A stretch of 37,884 nt of DNA, taken from contig JAOZNS010000001.1 of NCBI GenBank assembly GCA_029933635.1, positions 1 to 37,884 on the forward strand, given 5' to 3'. Shown piece by piece: positions 1 to 10,404 of the stretch. A program made the translations under genes and the position numbers. Each line of letters begins with the position of its first letter. Position 1 is the stretch's first letter. Below the pieces are notes generated by a model. That model worked only from the letters and a program-made list of their open reading frames with translations. It searched no databases and had not been told where the DNA came from. Source of the stretch: Candidatus Zixiibacteriota bacterium (GTDB lineage: Bacteria > Zixibacteria > MSB-5A5 > SM1-73).

Positions 1-185
1 TTTTAAAATAGAACGAAAATAACAGATTTAAAAATAGGTTAGGTATGAGTGTGGTTTTGTGGTGAAAGGGTTTCTCGGAACGCCTTGAAATGCCTTAAAG
101 AATAGAGGTATGAACTAAAGGCTCATACGTTTCAGAACTTTGAACCCTTGGCAAAACTCGCTTCTGGCAAATTTAAAAGAAGATT

Positions 186-950
186 ATGGAACTATTTCAT
201 ATCAGCTTCATAAGATTTACTCTGGTTGATTTGATCGATGTGGCGCTGGTGGCATTTTTATTCTATCGGGTGTTGATTTTGATGAAAGGGACCCGCTCGG
301 CCCAGATCGTCTTGGGGCTTTTTCTGCTTTTTGCCATCTCGTTTTTAGCCTTCTGGTTCCGATTGGAGGGGCTTAAGTGGTTGATCACCAACATCGCCAC
401 CGTGGGGATTTTGGTTTTGGTTATAGTATTTCAGCCGGAACTGAGAAATGCCTTGGCTCAGATAGGACATAACAAACTCTTTCGCCTGTTCTTTAAATAT
501 GAAAGGGGCAAGACCTTAGATGAGCTGGTCAAAGCCGCCATAAAGCTTTCTCAACTCCGGTATGGGGGGCTTCTGGTGATCGAAAGGGAAATAGGACTCA
601 GGAATTTCATCGAGACAGGAAAGTCCATCAACGCCGAGGTGTCGGCCGACCTTCTGGTGACCATATTTACCCCTTATACTCCCCTCCACGATGGAGCGGC
701 AATAATTCAAGGGGATCATGTGGTGGCGGTAGCGTGCACCCTCCCCTTGACACAAAATCCCAGATACGCTAAGCTCTTTGGGATGCGGCATAAAGCGGCC
801 ATTGGGGTGACCGAAGAATCGGACGCCATCGCCTTAGCTATATCTGAAGAGACGGGGAGGATATCCATCGCCTTCAAAGGGGTTCTGTATACGGACATCG
901 ATAAATCAGTGCTGAAGGAAAGCCTGGTTAACATGTCCAAATCAGGATGA
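186..950 (+). CDS. cdaA: Diadenylate cyclase (c-di-AMP synthase), membrane-anchored CdaA/DacA type
   Basis: 254-aa ORF with N-terminal hydrophobic helices. DAC-domain motifs 'TPLHDGAAII' and 'GMRHKAAIGVTEESDAIALAISEETGRISIA' were recognised by eye. Confidence 0.85.
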   Translation: MELFHISFIRFTLVDLIDVALVAFLFYRVLILMKGTRSAQIVLGLFLLFAISFLAFWFRLEGLKWLITNIATVGILVLVIVFQPELRNALAQIGHNKLFRLFFKYERGKTLDELVKAAIKLSQLRYGGLLVIEREIGLRNFIETGKSINAEVSADLLVTIFTPYTPLHDGAAIIQGDHVVAVACTLPLTQNPRYAKLFGMRHKAAIGVTEESDAIALAISEETGRISIAFKGVLYTDIDKSVLKESLVNMSKSG

Positions 951-958
951 TCGGATAA

Positions 959-1990
<1,032 letters not shown>

Positions 1991-2220
1991 CTTATAAAAA
2001 ACATAGCCCCCCTCTGAAGGGAGAGTCTGGACAACAGCTTTGACGCCTGTTCCCTGAAGCAAGTGAGTGATCTTCACTCTGATTTGAAACGTTTAAAGGA
2101 TCCATTTCTTGAAGAGACGTTCAACTCTATCGAAGGCGTCATCCAATCAGGAATTATCACTGGGGGAAGGTTTCAGTTTTACTCTCTTCACCCTTAACCA
2201 AAGACTGCGAGGATGGTATC

Positions 2221-3324
2221 TTGGATTTGATCGAACTGAAAAGCTGGCTGGCTCTTTTAACCGTCCCCAAGATCGGGCCGGTTCGCTATGTATCTCTGGT
2301 AAAACGTTTTGGATCGCCCAAGGAGGTTTTGTCTGCGTCCGAGAAGGAGCTGGCAAGCCTTCCTGATATAGGAGCTCTCATCGCCTCCAACATAAAAAAA
2401 CACATATCCTGGGATAAGGTGGAAGAGCAAGTTAAGTTGGTGAAGAAAAATCGGGTTAAGGTGGTAACTTTCAAAGACGAAAACTATCCATCGAATCTTC
2501 TGTCGATCTACGATCCTCCTCCACTCCTTTTCTTCAAGGGTGATATAGAAAGGGAGGATCGCAATGCAGTAGCAATAGTGGGCTCTCGTTCCGCCTCCCC
2601 CTACGGGAGACGGATCACCGAAAGGATTGGAAGGGAATTAGCTAAAAGAAAAATCACCATCGTAAGTGGATTGGCTCGAGGTATAGACTCCATCAGCCAC
2701 CAAGCCGCCTTGAAAGAGAATGGGAGAACTATAGCCGTTTTCGGATCGGGGGTGGATATAATTTATCCTGGTGAAAACAGGAAATTAGCAGAACGGATTC
2801 AGTCATGTGGTGCCATCATCTCTGAGTTTTTTCTGGGCACCAAGCCGGAGGCGCCCAACTTCCCAAGACGAAACAGGCTGATAAGTGGGCTATCTCTGGG
2901 GGTGGTGATCGTGGAGGCAGGGACAAGAAGCGGAGCTTTAGTCACCGCTGGTTGGGCCATAGAACAAAACCGAGAGGTGTTTGCCATTCCAGGAAATCTG
3001 GGGGCAAAAAATAGTGAAGGAACAAACAGCTTGATAAAACAGGGTGCCAAACTTGTTACCTCGGTGGAGGATATACTGGAAGAGCTAAACATAACCTTGG
3101 TGGGAAATGGATCCTCGTCCCCAGTTCAGGCAGAACAAGATCTTTCTTGCCTTTCTTCAAAGGAGAAAAAGATTTTTAAGCTCCTTTCAGACGAACCTTA
3201 TCACATCGATAAAATTTCCGCCCAGGCTCATGTCAATATCTCTGAAGCTTTATCCGTTCTTTTATCGCTGGAGCTGAAAGGTTTGGCAAAACAGCTCTCC
3301 GGCAAAATGTTTGTGCGAGCTTGA
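2221..3324 (+). CDS. dprA: DNA-processing protein DprA (Smf)
   Basis: 367-aa ORF with a TTG start. Rossmann-like core motifs 'VGSRSASPYG', 'GLARGIDSISHQAAL' and 'GSGVDIIYPGEN', plus a C-terminal winged-helix-like tail. Confidence 0.9.
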   Translation: MDLIELKSWLALLTVPKIGPVRYVSLVKRFGSPKEVLSASEKELASLPDIGALIASNIKKHISWDKVEEQVKLVKKNRVKVVTFKDENYPSNLLSIYDPPPLLFFKGDIEREDRNAVAIVGSRSASPYGRRITERIGRELAKRKITIVSGLARGIDSISHQAALKENGRTIAVFGSGVDIIYPGENRKLAERIQSCGAIISEFFLGTKPEAPNFPRRNRLISGLSLGVVIVEAGTRSGALVTAGWAIEQNREVFAIPGNLGAKNSEGTNSLIKQGAKLVTSVEDILEELNITLVGNGSSSPVQAEQDLSCLSSKEKKIFKLLSDEPYHIDKISAQAHVNISEALSVLLSLELKGLAKQLSGKMFVRA

Positions 3325-3444
3325 GTGAGACAAATGCTTGCATTTGGGATCTGTTTCATTTAAATTATAATTTGAGCATGTCCCTTAGGCAAGCTGTAAT
3401 GGAAAAAAGGTTAAAGCTTGGGTTCAGTCAAAAAGGATGAGATC

Positions 3445-3711
3445 TTGGTCGAAAGGAAGATTCAGGTAACAAACAAATTGGGACTGCATGCCAGACCAGC
3501 GGCCATGCTGGTGCAGAAGGCATCTAAGTTCAAATCGGAGATAAAACTGCAGAAGGAGGATATTGAGGTAAATGCCAAAAGCATCTTAAGCGTGATGATG
3601 TTGGCTGCGGAGGTGGGGACTTTTTTGATCATCAAAGCGGAGGGCGAAGACCAGGAGGAGGCGGTAGCAACCATAGCTAAATTGTTTGAGGAAAAGTTTG
3701 GAGAGGAATAG
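3445..3711 (+). CDS. ptsH: Phosphocarrier protein HPr
   Basis: His15 motif 'NKLGLHARPAA' and Ser46 region 'NAKSILSVMML'. I prefer the TTG at 3445 (SD-like AAGGA 7 nt upstream, giving an 88-aa product) over the track start at 3418. The stop TAG overlaps the ptsI GTG start by 1 nt. Confidence 0.85.
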   Translation: MVERKIQVTNKLGLHARPAAMLVQKASKFKSEIKLQKEDIEVNAKSILSVMMLAAEVGTFLIIKAEGEDQEEAVATIAKLFEEKFGEE

Positions 3712-5489
3712 TGAGAAAACCGGATAAACAGGTATGCACCATATATCGGGGAATTCCCGCCTCACCCGGGGTGGTGATAGGGAAGGTATTTCTTCTGGAT
3801 CGTGAAAGCATCGAGGTGGCTGAGGAGAAAATTCCTGAAAATGAGGTGGCCAAGGAGATCCTGAAATTTAAAAAAGCCTTAAACGACACCAAAGAGGAGC
3901 TTCTTAAAACCAAAGAGAAGGTGGCTAAAAGGATAGACCCGGATCATGCCAAGATTTTCGAGGCTCAAATCATGATCCTGGAGGATGAGTTGATCAACAA
4001 TGCGGTGGTGGAGAAAATCAAAAAGACCAAAAGCAATGCTGAATATGCTTATAAGAAGGTGATCGAACGAACCATCCAAACACTATCCACCTCCAAAGAT
4101 GAATATCTTAAAGAGAGGACCATGGACATAAATGCAGTAACCAACCGCCTGATTTATAATCTATTAGGGATAAAGCATCTCACCTTGGAAAGCATCGATT
4201 CTCCGGTCATTCTGGTGGCTCGTTCCTTATCCCCTGGGGATGTGGTCCATATGAAGAAAGAAAGCATCCTGGGATTTGCAACAGATATGGGTGGGGGCAC
4301 CTCTCATGTAGCTTTGTTAGCCAAATCCATGGGAATCCCGGCGGTGGTGGGATTGAAAAACTTCTTCGATCAGATACGGGACAAACAGACCATCATCCTT
4401 GATGGGATAAGAGGGGAGGTGCTCATCTGTCCGGATCAGCAAACCCTGAAAGAATACGACAAAAGACGAAAATACCTGCTTCAAAAGTCTGCTGAGCTTT
4501 CTGAGCTTAAATCGCTTCCTGCGAAGACTCAGGATGGAAGAAAAATTGAGCTTTCCGCCAATATCGAGCTTCCCTCAGATGCCGATTCCGCTCTGGAATA
4601 TGGGGCTGAGGGCGTGGGTTTGTTCCGCACAGAGTATTTATATATCGCTCAATCCGGCTTCCCCACCGAGGATGAGCAATGTAAAGCCTATCTTGAGGTA
4701 GCGGAAAAAGTTTATCCTAAGTCGGTGATTTTGAGAACCTTTGATTTAGGGGGTGATAAATTCAACGGGCATGCCGGTAGCCTTTATGAAACCAATCCCT
4801 TCTTGGGATGGAGAGCCATCCGTGCCTGCTTGGATCTTCCGGAGATGTTCAAGATCCAGTTGCGGGCAATGTTGAGAGCCAGTGTTAAGAAAAACATCAA
4901 GATCATGTTCCCCATGATCTCCGAGGTGCAAGAGCTTCGACAAGCCAAAGCCATACTACAAGAAGCAAAAGATGAATTAAGGCGAAAAAGGATCCCCTTC
5001 GATGACCAGATACCTGTGGGGATAATGGTGGAGATACCTTCGGCCGCACTGGCTGGCGATGCTTTAGCCAAAGAGTGTGATTTTTTCAGCATCGGCACAA
5101 ATGATCTGATACAGTATACCTTGGCAGTTGATAGAGGAAACGAAAGGATTGCTCATCTTTACCAGGGGTTTCATCCGGCGGTGTTGAAGTTGATAAAACA
5201 GACCATTGACTCTGCCTCCAAGAATGGAATCTGGGTGGGCTTATGTGGGGAGATGGCCGCCGATCCTTTGGCTACCACACTTCTGGTGGGGATGGGGGTG
5301 GATGAGCTTTCCACCTCCGCCATGGCTATTCCCCAGATAAAGAAGATCATTCGCTCCATTAAATTTGAAGATGCCAAAAAACATGCTCAAGAGGTGCTGA
5401 AGCTTTCCACCATCGATGAGATAAAAAAGTTCTTGATTGAGGAATATACCAAAAGGTTTGGCCGGGACAACAAAAACAAGTTTGTTTGA
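3711..5489 (+). CDS. ptsI: Phosphoenolpyruvate-protein phosphotransferase (PTS Enzyme I)
   Basis: 592 aa. Phospho-His region 'GGGTSHVALLAKSMGIPAVVG', PEP-utilising motifs 'GLFRTEYLY' and 'GTNDLIQYTLAVDR', and 'CGEMA'. Confidence 0.95.
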   Translation: MRKPDKQVCTIYRGIPASPGVVIGKVFLLDRESIEVAEEKIPENEVAKEILKFKKALNDTKEELLKTKEKVAKRIDPDHAKIFEAQIMILEDELINNAVVEKIKKTKSNAEYAYKKVIERTIQTLSTSKDEYLKERTMDINAVTNRLIYNLLGIKHLTLESIDSPVILVARSLSPGDVVHMKKESILGFATDMGGGTSHVALLAKSMGIPAVVGLKNFFDQIRDKQTIILDGIRGEVLICPDQQTLKEYDKRRKYLLQKSAELSELKSLPAKTQDGRKIELSANIELPSDADSALEYGAEGVGLFRTEYLYIAQSGFPTEDEQCKAYLEVAEKVYPKSVILRTFDLGGDKFNGHAGSLYETNPFLGWRAIRACLDLPEMFKIQLRAMLRASVKKNIKIMFPMISEVQELRQAKAILQEAKDELRRKRIPFDDQIPVGIMVEIPSAALAGDALAKECDFFSIGTNDLIQYTLAVDRGNERIAHLYQGFHPAVLKLIKQTIDSASKNGIWVGLCGEMAADPLATTLLVGMGVDELSTSAMAIPQIKKIIRSIKFEDAKKHAQEVLKLSTIDEIKKFLIEEYTKRFGRDNKNKFV

Positions 5490-5560
5490 TCTTTAGATTC
5501 TAAGATACCTTCTTATGTGAAGAAAATGAAGCCCTGCACCTTTAAGTTTGAAGCCGGTCC

Positions 5561-6634
5561 ATGTCTTCATTAATAATAGACAACATAGATCAGATCAAAA
5601 AGATAGACCAAGAGGGGATGTATGATTTCGTCTATGACTTCCCCTCTCAATTTGAAGATGCGCTGAAGCTTGCCACGAAAATTAAGCTCCCCGAATGGGA
5701 CCAAAGCGAAATAAAAAATATCGTTGTGGCTGGCATGGGTGGCTCTGCCATTGGTGGAGACTTGGTGCGATCTTATCTGGCAGAGAGGCTTTTAATCCCT
5801 TTTTTAATTTGCAGAAACTATACCCTTCCCAATTTTGTTAATTCTTCCTCTTTGGTCTTCATCTCCAGCTACTCAGGAAACACGGAGGAAAGCCTGTCTG
5901 CCTTTGAAGATGCCTGTCAGAGGGAAAGCAAAATCATCTGTCTAACCTCCGATGGAAAAGTGGAGAAGGTCTCTTCTGAGAAAAAAATCCCCTGCGTTCC
6001 CCTGCCCCAGGGCTTTCAGCCTCGTGCCGCCTTAGGATATTCCTTCGTTCCCATACTGATAGTGCTGGAAAGATTTGGATTCGTCGAAGGTGAACGCCAG
6101 AATATAAAAGTAACCAAGAATTTCTTGGAGGAAAACAGGGATAAATATCGAGTTGAGGTCGAAACCGAAGACAATCCTGCCAAAAGGCTTGCTATGAAAC
6201 TTCACCGGAAATTGCCCATAATTTACGCCTCCTGCGAGCACTTCGATGCGGTCTCCACCCGATGGAAAGGGCAGTTTTGTGAAAATGCCAAGATGCTGGC
6301 TTTCAGCAACGTTTTTCCAGAGTTTAATCATAACGAGCTGGTGGGATGGAAGGTTCTCTCAGATTACGGAGATGACCTGGTGGTGGTTATGTTAAAAGAC
6401 AGAGAAGATCATCCCCGGATAAAAAGACGGATGGATATCGTCAAGAGAATCGTTGAAAAACAAAAGGTGGAGATCATAGAGGCAAAAAGCAGTGGAGAAA
6501 ATCTTCTGTCCCGAATGTTCTCCTTGATACAGTTAGGGGATTTTACCAGCTTCTATCTGGCTATTTTGAATGGCGAAGATCCCACTCCGGTGAAGGTGAT
6601 AGATTATCTTAAAGATGAATTAGCAAAAGGTTAG
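5561..6634 (+). CDS. Bifunctional phosphoglucose/phosphomannose isomerase (SIS-domain family)
   Basis: 357 aa. SIS-type 'VVAGMGGSAIGGDL' and 'ISSYSGNTEE'. Length and layout are typical of the bacterial/archaeal PGI/PMI family. Confidence 0.75.
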   Translation: MSSLIIDNIDQIKKIDQEGMYDFVYDFPSQFEDALKLATKIKLPEWDQSEIKNIVVAGMGGSAIGGDLVRSYLAERLLIPFLICRNYTLPNFVNSSSLVFISSYSGNTEESLSAFEDACQRESKIICLTSDGKVEKVSSEKKIPCVPLPQGFQPRAALGYSFVPILIVLERFGFVEGERQNIKVTKNFLEENRDKYRVEVETEDNPAKRLAMKLHRKLPIIYASCEHFDAVSTRWKGQFCENAKMLAFSNVFPEFNHNELVGWKVLSDYGDDLVVVMLKDREDHPRIKRRMDIVKRIVEKQKVEIIEAKSSGENLLSRMFSLIQLGDFTSFYLAILNGEDPTPVKVIDYLKDELAKG

Positions 6635-6729
6635 TTAATTAGACAAAAGCTTAAGCAGGTTGAAGCTTACAATTATCCTAACATAAAAACCCCACCCCTC
6701 CGGGTGAGAGACGAGCGCCTGTCCTTAAG

Positions 6730-7932
6730 ATGAGATTCATGTTCCATATCCTAAAATTTAAGTGGATCATCCTCTTGAATGTAGTTTTTTGCCTCTGTGT
6801 TTTTGTCCCCCCTTCCATTCAAGCGAGAGGCGATACATCGATGGCGAAAATCACCCCCCCATTCGATTTTAAAGTGGAGGATACTCCTGACGATGGCGGA
6901 GGAAGTTTGAGATTATTCTGGAAACCTTCTTTAGATGATAAAGAAGAGATCGGCGACATTGACGGATATGAGATCTTTAGAGCAAGCAGAAAAGATACGA
7001 TCCTTAAGTTGATCGCCCAGGTGGGCGATAATACCACCTTTTTTACCGATGTGGCTCTGAATAACCAAGAAGAATATTTTTATGCCATCAGAGCCAAAAG
7101 AGACGATTCTTACTCCGTGTTTGTTCGTTCCAACTTCGTCCGACCCAAAATAAACTGGTTCAGAACCGGTCGGATCAACATGCTGGCTTTGCTTCTGATC
7201 TTCTCCGCCTCGGTTCTTTTATACATACGTGGGGCCAAAAGAGGGAAAAGCCTCTTCATTCGCAAGTTAGCTGGCTTGGAAGCCATGGAGGAGGCGGTGG
7301 GAAGGGCCACCGAGATGGGAAAGCCGGTGCTGTTTATTCCGGGGATTCAAGAGCTGGATGAGATTCAAACCATCGCAGGTCTTTCCATCTTAGGTAAAGT
7401 TGCTCGCATCACTGCACAGTATGATACGCCCCTTTTGGTTCCGGTGCTTTACCCCATGGCATTGGCCGCCGCAGGAGAGGTGGTGAAGGGAGCTTATCTG
7501 GATGCGGGAAAGCCTGAGAGTTTCAAACCAGATATGGTGCGGTATGTGGCCGGGGAGCAATTTGCCTATGTGGCCGCAGTAAATGGAATAATGCTGAGGG
7601 AAAGACCCGCGGCCTGTGTGTATATGGGCGCTTTCTATGCTGAATCTTTGCTTCTGGCGGAGACCGGATTTGCCGCAGGTGCCATTCAGATCGCCGGAAC
7701 CGCAAATCCCGAACAGCTACCCTTCTTCATCGCCGCCTGCGACTATACCCTGATGGGGGAGGAGCTTTATGCGGCTAGCGCATATCTGTCCAAAGAGCCC
7801 TTGATGTTAGGAAGCCTTAAAGGTCAGGATCTAATTAAGATCCTTTTGGTTGGCTGTATCATCTTGGGTGCAATTTTTGAACTGCTCCAAATCGGCAATG
7901 GATTTTTCGCAAAATTATTTCTGGAACGATAA
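6730..7932 (+). CDS. Hypothetical envelope protein with a signal peptide, an FN3-like beta-rich segment, a TM helix, a ~230-aa domain of unknown function and a C-terminal TM helix
   Basis: 400-aa ORF. Hydrophobic N-terminus 'WIILLNVVFCLCVFVPPSIQA' and internal TM 'INMLALLLIFSASVLLYI'. No catalytic motif was recognised. The distal domain resembles ORF 10858-11694 by eye. Confidence 0.6.
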   Translation: MRFMFHILKFKWIILLNVVFCLCVFVPPSIQARGDTSMAKITPPFDFKVEDTPDDGGGSLRLFWKPSLDDKEEIGDIDGYEIFRASRKDTILKLIAQVGDNTTFFTDVALNNQEEYFYAIRAKRDDSYSVFVRSNFVRPKINWFRTGRINMLALLLIFSASVLLYIRGAKRGKSLFIRKLAGLEAMEEAVGRATEMGKPVLFIPGIQELDEIQTIAGLSILGKVARITAQYDTPLLVPVLYPMALAAAGEVVKGAYLDAGKPESFKPDMVRYVAGEQFAYVAAVNGIMLRERPAACVYMGAFYAESLLLAETGFAAGAIQIAGTANPEQLPFFIAACDYTLMGEELYAASAYLSKEPLMLGSLKGQDLIKILLVGCIILGAIFELLQIGNGFFAKLFLER

Positions 7933-8130
7933 AGAGTCAGAAGACCAGATAAGAAGCCCATAAATGGCATATCCACCGTCTATTCTGAGCTCCGAAAGTG
8001 AAACGAAATCTAAGGATCATATTCTTGGGAACACTTTTCAGTAATCAAACAAGCCAAGCTTGAGCACTCTTTCCTGAAGTCTGCCTCAAAGAATGGCTTG
8101 ACATCGTAGGTTAAAAATAGATGTGATGAT

Positions 8131-8751
8131 ATGAAAACACAGTTTCCTGTTGCGGTGGCTTTCCTTTCTGGATTCATCATGGTGGTTGCTTTCTTTGTCC
8201 CGGAGAAGAACTTGGAAAACCTCAGCCAGAGCCTTCTCACCTTTGTCACCATAGTGGGCGGCTTTACTTTACTCTTAGGAATCGTAAGCATCATGCGGGC
8301 AAATCTTGAGGTTGTGACCAAGAAGGGGCGGGGGTGGGGCTTTAAGCTCCTTTTGATCCTGACCCTTTTGGTTATGTCGTTCTCCAGCTTCATCTGGGGA
8401 ACCGGGGAGGGAACCGTATACCACTGGATGTTTCAAAACATGCAGGCTCCCATGATGTCCACCATGTTTTCCCTTCTGGCATTCTTCATCGCCTCGGCGG
8501 CTTATCGGGCCTTCAGAGCTCGCACCAAGGAGGCTACCATCCTTTTGGTCACCTCGGTGATCGTCATGCTGGGGAGAATCCCTTTGGGACAGTTTCTGTG
8601 GAACAGATTGCCGGAATACACCAACTGGATCATGGCCTATCCTAATTTAGCTGTGCAAAGGGGAATCATCATTGGAGCTGCCTTAGGTGCGGCTTCCATG
8701 TCGTTAAGGATAATCTTGGGAATTGAGAAAACCTACATGGGAAGAGGATAA
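8131..8751 (+). CDS. Hypothetical polytopic membrane protein (~6 TM)
   Basis: 206-aa ORF dominated by hydrophobic segments. It lies directly downstream of 6730-7932. Confidence 0.55.
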   Translation: MKTQFPVAVAFLSGFIMVVAFFVPEKNLENLSQSLLTFVTIVGGFTLLLGIVSIMRANLEVVTKKGRGWGFKLLLILTLLVMSFSSFIWGTGEGTVYHWMFQNMQAPMMSTMFSLLAFFIASAAYRAFRARTKEATILLVTSVIVMLGRIPLGQFLWNRLPEYTNWIMAYPNLAVQRGIIIGAALGAASMSLRIILGIEKTYMGRG

Positions 8752-8773
8752 CAGATCACCGGGAAGGCACAAA

Positions 8774-9901
8774 ATGGAGAGTATCTCTCACTTTAAGATC
8801 TTACAGAGGATGAAACATGATCATCTGGGTGCGGTTTGCAGAGCAGAGGATATTAAACTCAAACGGCAGGTGAGATTAAGGCTTCTGTCTGAACAACTCA
8901 TCCCCAAGCTGGAATCAAAAGCTAAACTTTTTCACCAATGTCAGACCCTCAGCTCTTTTGAACATCCAAACATCGCCTCCATCTATGAGATTTTGCAAAC
9001 TGAGGACCAACTTCTGATATCTTCAGCCTATCTGGAGGGTAAATCGCTTAAGGAGATTTTGGAAGACAGGATGCTCTTTTTGGATCAGATTCTTTTAGTT
9101 GCCATCCAGATTGCCGAAGGTTTAAGGGCGGCGCATGATCAGGGGATTTTGCATCTGGATTTGAGCCCGGAGAGCATAATCCTGACCAGGGAGGGCAAAG
9201 TCAAGATCGTCGACTTCGGTCTTGCTGAAATAAAACAAGCCTCGCTATGGAAGTTGGACCGATTTTCACCTGAGAAGATGTCCTATCTTTCACCGGAGCA
9301 GGTTCAGAACAGCCGGGTTGACTCAAGAAGCGATCTTTTCTCCTTGGGGGTGATCTTGTATGAGATGATCACAAGACATCCCCCTTTCAAGGGAAAGGAT
9401 AAATCATCAATTATCGAGTCCCTTCTCAATGCCCCTCCAGAACCGTTGTCCAAATACAGGAGAGATCTACCAGACCAGCTCCAAGCCATAATCGATAAGC
9501 TTTTGGAGAAAAAACCAGCTTCAAGATATCAAAATGCAGATGTTGTTCTTTTAGATCTGAAGAGATTAAAGCAGAAGCTGGCTTCGGGGAAGCCGGCGAT
9601 CATCAGAAAAATCAGACCCAGATATAACAAGGCTCTGGTTCCCGCCCTGATCATCAGCCTCATAATAGCGGTGATACTCATCTTGATTTTGAATAAATAC
9701 CTGTTCAAACCAATCTTTGAAAAAAGGGGATCGCTGGACTCAGATCAACCTCTGGTGGCTATGCGATCGGGCAATTTATTTGAAGAAAGAAACGATGGTC
9801 TATATCAAAACGCAGGAGCAAGATATGAGGGAAAGGAACTTCTGGACGCTCATTTTGGGAGTAGTTTTAATCTTGGTTGGAATCTTAGCCCTTCTGGATA
9901 G
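8774..9901 (+). CDS. Hanks-type Ser/Thr protein kinase-like protein, predicted pseudokinase, with one C-terminal TM helix
   Basis: The kinase fold is recognisable from 'HLDLSPESIIL', 'KIVDFGLA', 'YLSPEQ' and 'DLFSLGVILYEMIT'. The start is set at ATG 8774 (GGGAAGG SD upstream) rather than 8723, which overlaps the previous gene. TM helix 'ALVPALIISLIIAVILILIL'. Confidence 0.8.
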   Translation: MESISHFKILQRMKHDHLGAVCRAEDIKLKRQVRLRLLSEQLIPKLESKAKLFHQCQTLSSFEHPNIASIYEILQTEDQLLISSAYLEGKSLKEILEDRMLFLDQILLVAIQIAEGLRAAHDQGILHLDLSPESIILTREGKVKIVDFGLAEIKQASLWKLDRFSPEKMSYLSPEQVQNSRVDSRSDLFSLGVILYEMITRHPPFKGKDKSSIIESLLNAPPEPLSKYRRDLPDQLQAIIDKLLEKKPASRYQNADVVLLDLKRLKQKLASGKPAIIRKIRPRYNKALVPALIISLIIAVILILILNKYLFKPIFEKRGSLDSDQPLVAMRSGNLFEERNDGLYQNAGARYEGKELLDAHFGSSFNLGWNLSPSG

Positions 9902-10397
9902 CTTAGAGGTGGTATCCTTCTGGTCTGCCTTGGGGAGACTCTGGCCTCTGATCCTGATAGCTCTGGGAATTTGGCTTCTTTTGAAAAGAGACTACTTTTA
10001 CTCAGACAGAAAGATTGAGATCAAAGAGGGCAAGAGATATTCCAAGGCTTTCGGTGATTTAAGAATCGATGCGGGGGGAATGGATCCGCACGGACTGGAT
10101 GTGGAGATGGGATTCGGCGATCTGGAACTAAACCTCACCAAGGCGAATCTCTCCGACCGTGAGAGCGTGGTCCACCTCGCCTTAGGCTTTGGAGACATCA
10201 GGGTGTGGGTGCCTTCTGAGGTGAAACTGAAGGCTTCTGCCACCTGTGGAGCAGGGGATATAGATATTTTGGGCAAATTTACAGATGGATTAGCCAGAAG
10301 CTTGGACTATCAGGATGAGGGATATGATTCGGTTCAAAAGAGATTGAAAATCTTTGCCAAACTCGGATTTGGTGATATAAAGATTTCGAGAGTGTGA
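9825..10397 (+). CDS. LiaF-like / cell-wall-active-antibiotic response family membrane protein
   Basis: Two N-terminal TM helices ('FWTLILGVVLILVGILALL', 'LWPLILIALGIWLLL'). Repeated beta-strand motifs 'GFGDLELNL', 'GFGDIRVWVP', 'GAGDIDILG' and 'GFGDIKI'. ATG 9825 has an AGGAG SD 6 nt upstream. The track start at 9717 is probably too long. Confidence 0.7.
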   Translation: MRERNFWTLILGVVLILVGILALLDSLEVVSFWSALGRLWPLILIALGIWLLLKRDYFYSDRKIEIKEGKRYSKAFGDLRIDAGGMDPHGLDVEMGFGDLELNLTKANLSDRESVVHLALGFGDIRVWVPSEVKLKASATCGAGDIDILGKFTDGLARSLDYQDEGYDSVQKRLKIFAKLGFGDIKISRV

Positions 10398-10404
10398 AAT
10401 AAAA

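Noticed and set aside
1991-2220. The 230-nt gap between obg and dprA as a possible ncRNA or upstream extension of dprA.
   Set aside because: An in-frame stop at 2110-2112 and the absence of any start codon before TTG 2221 rule out an extension. Only short (4-6 bp) hairpins are visible and no known RNA motif was recognised.
3445-5489. HPr and Enzyme I with no EII component or HPr kinase nearby, as a possible orphan regulatory PTS.
   Set aside because: EII genes could lie anywhere else in the genome. This arrangement is common and cannot be assessed from one window.
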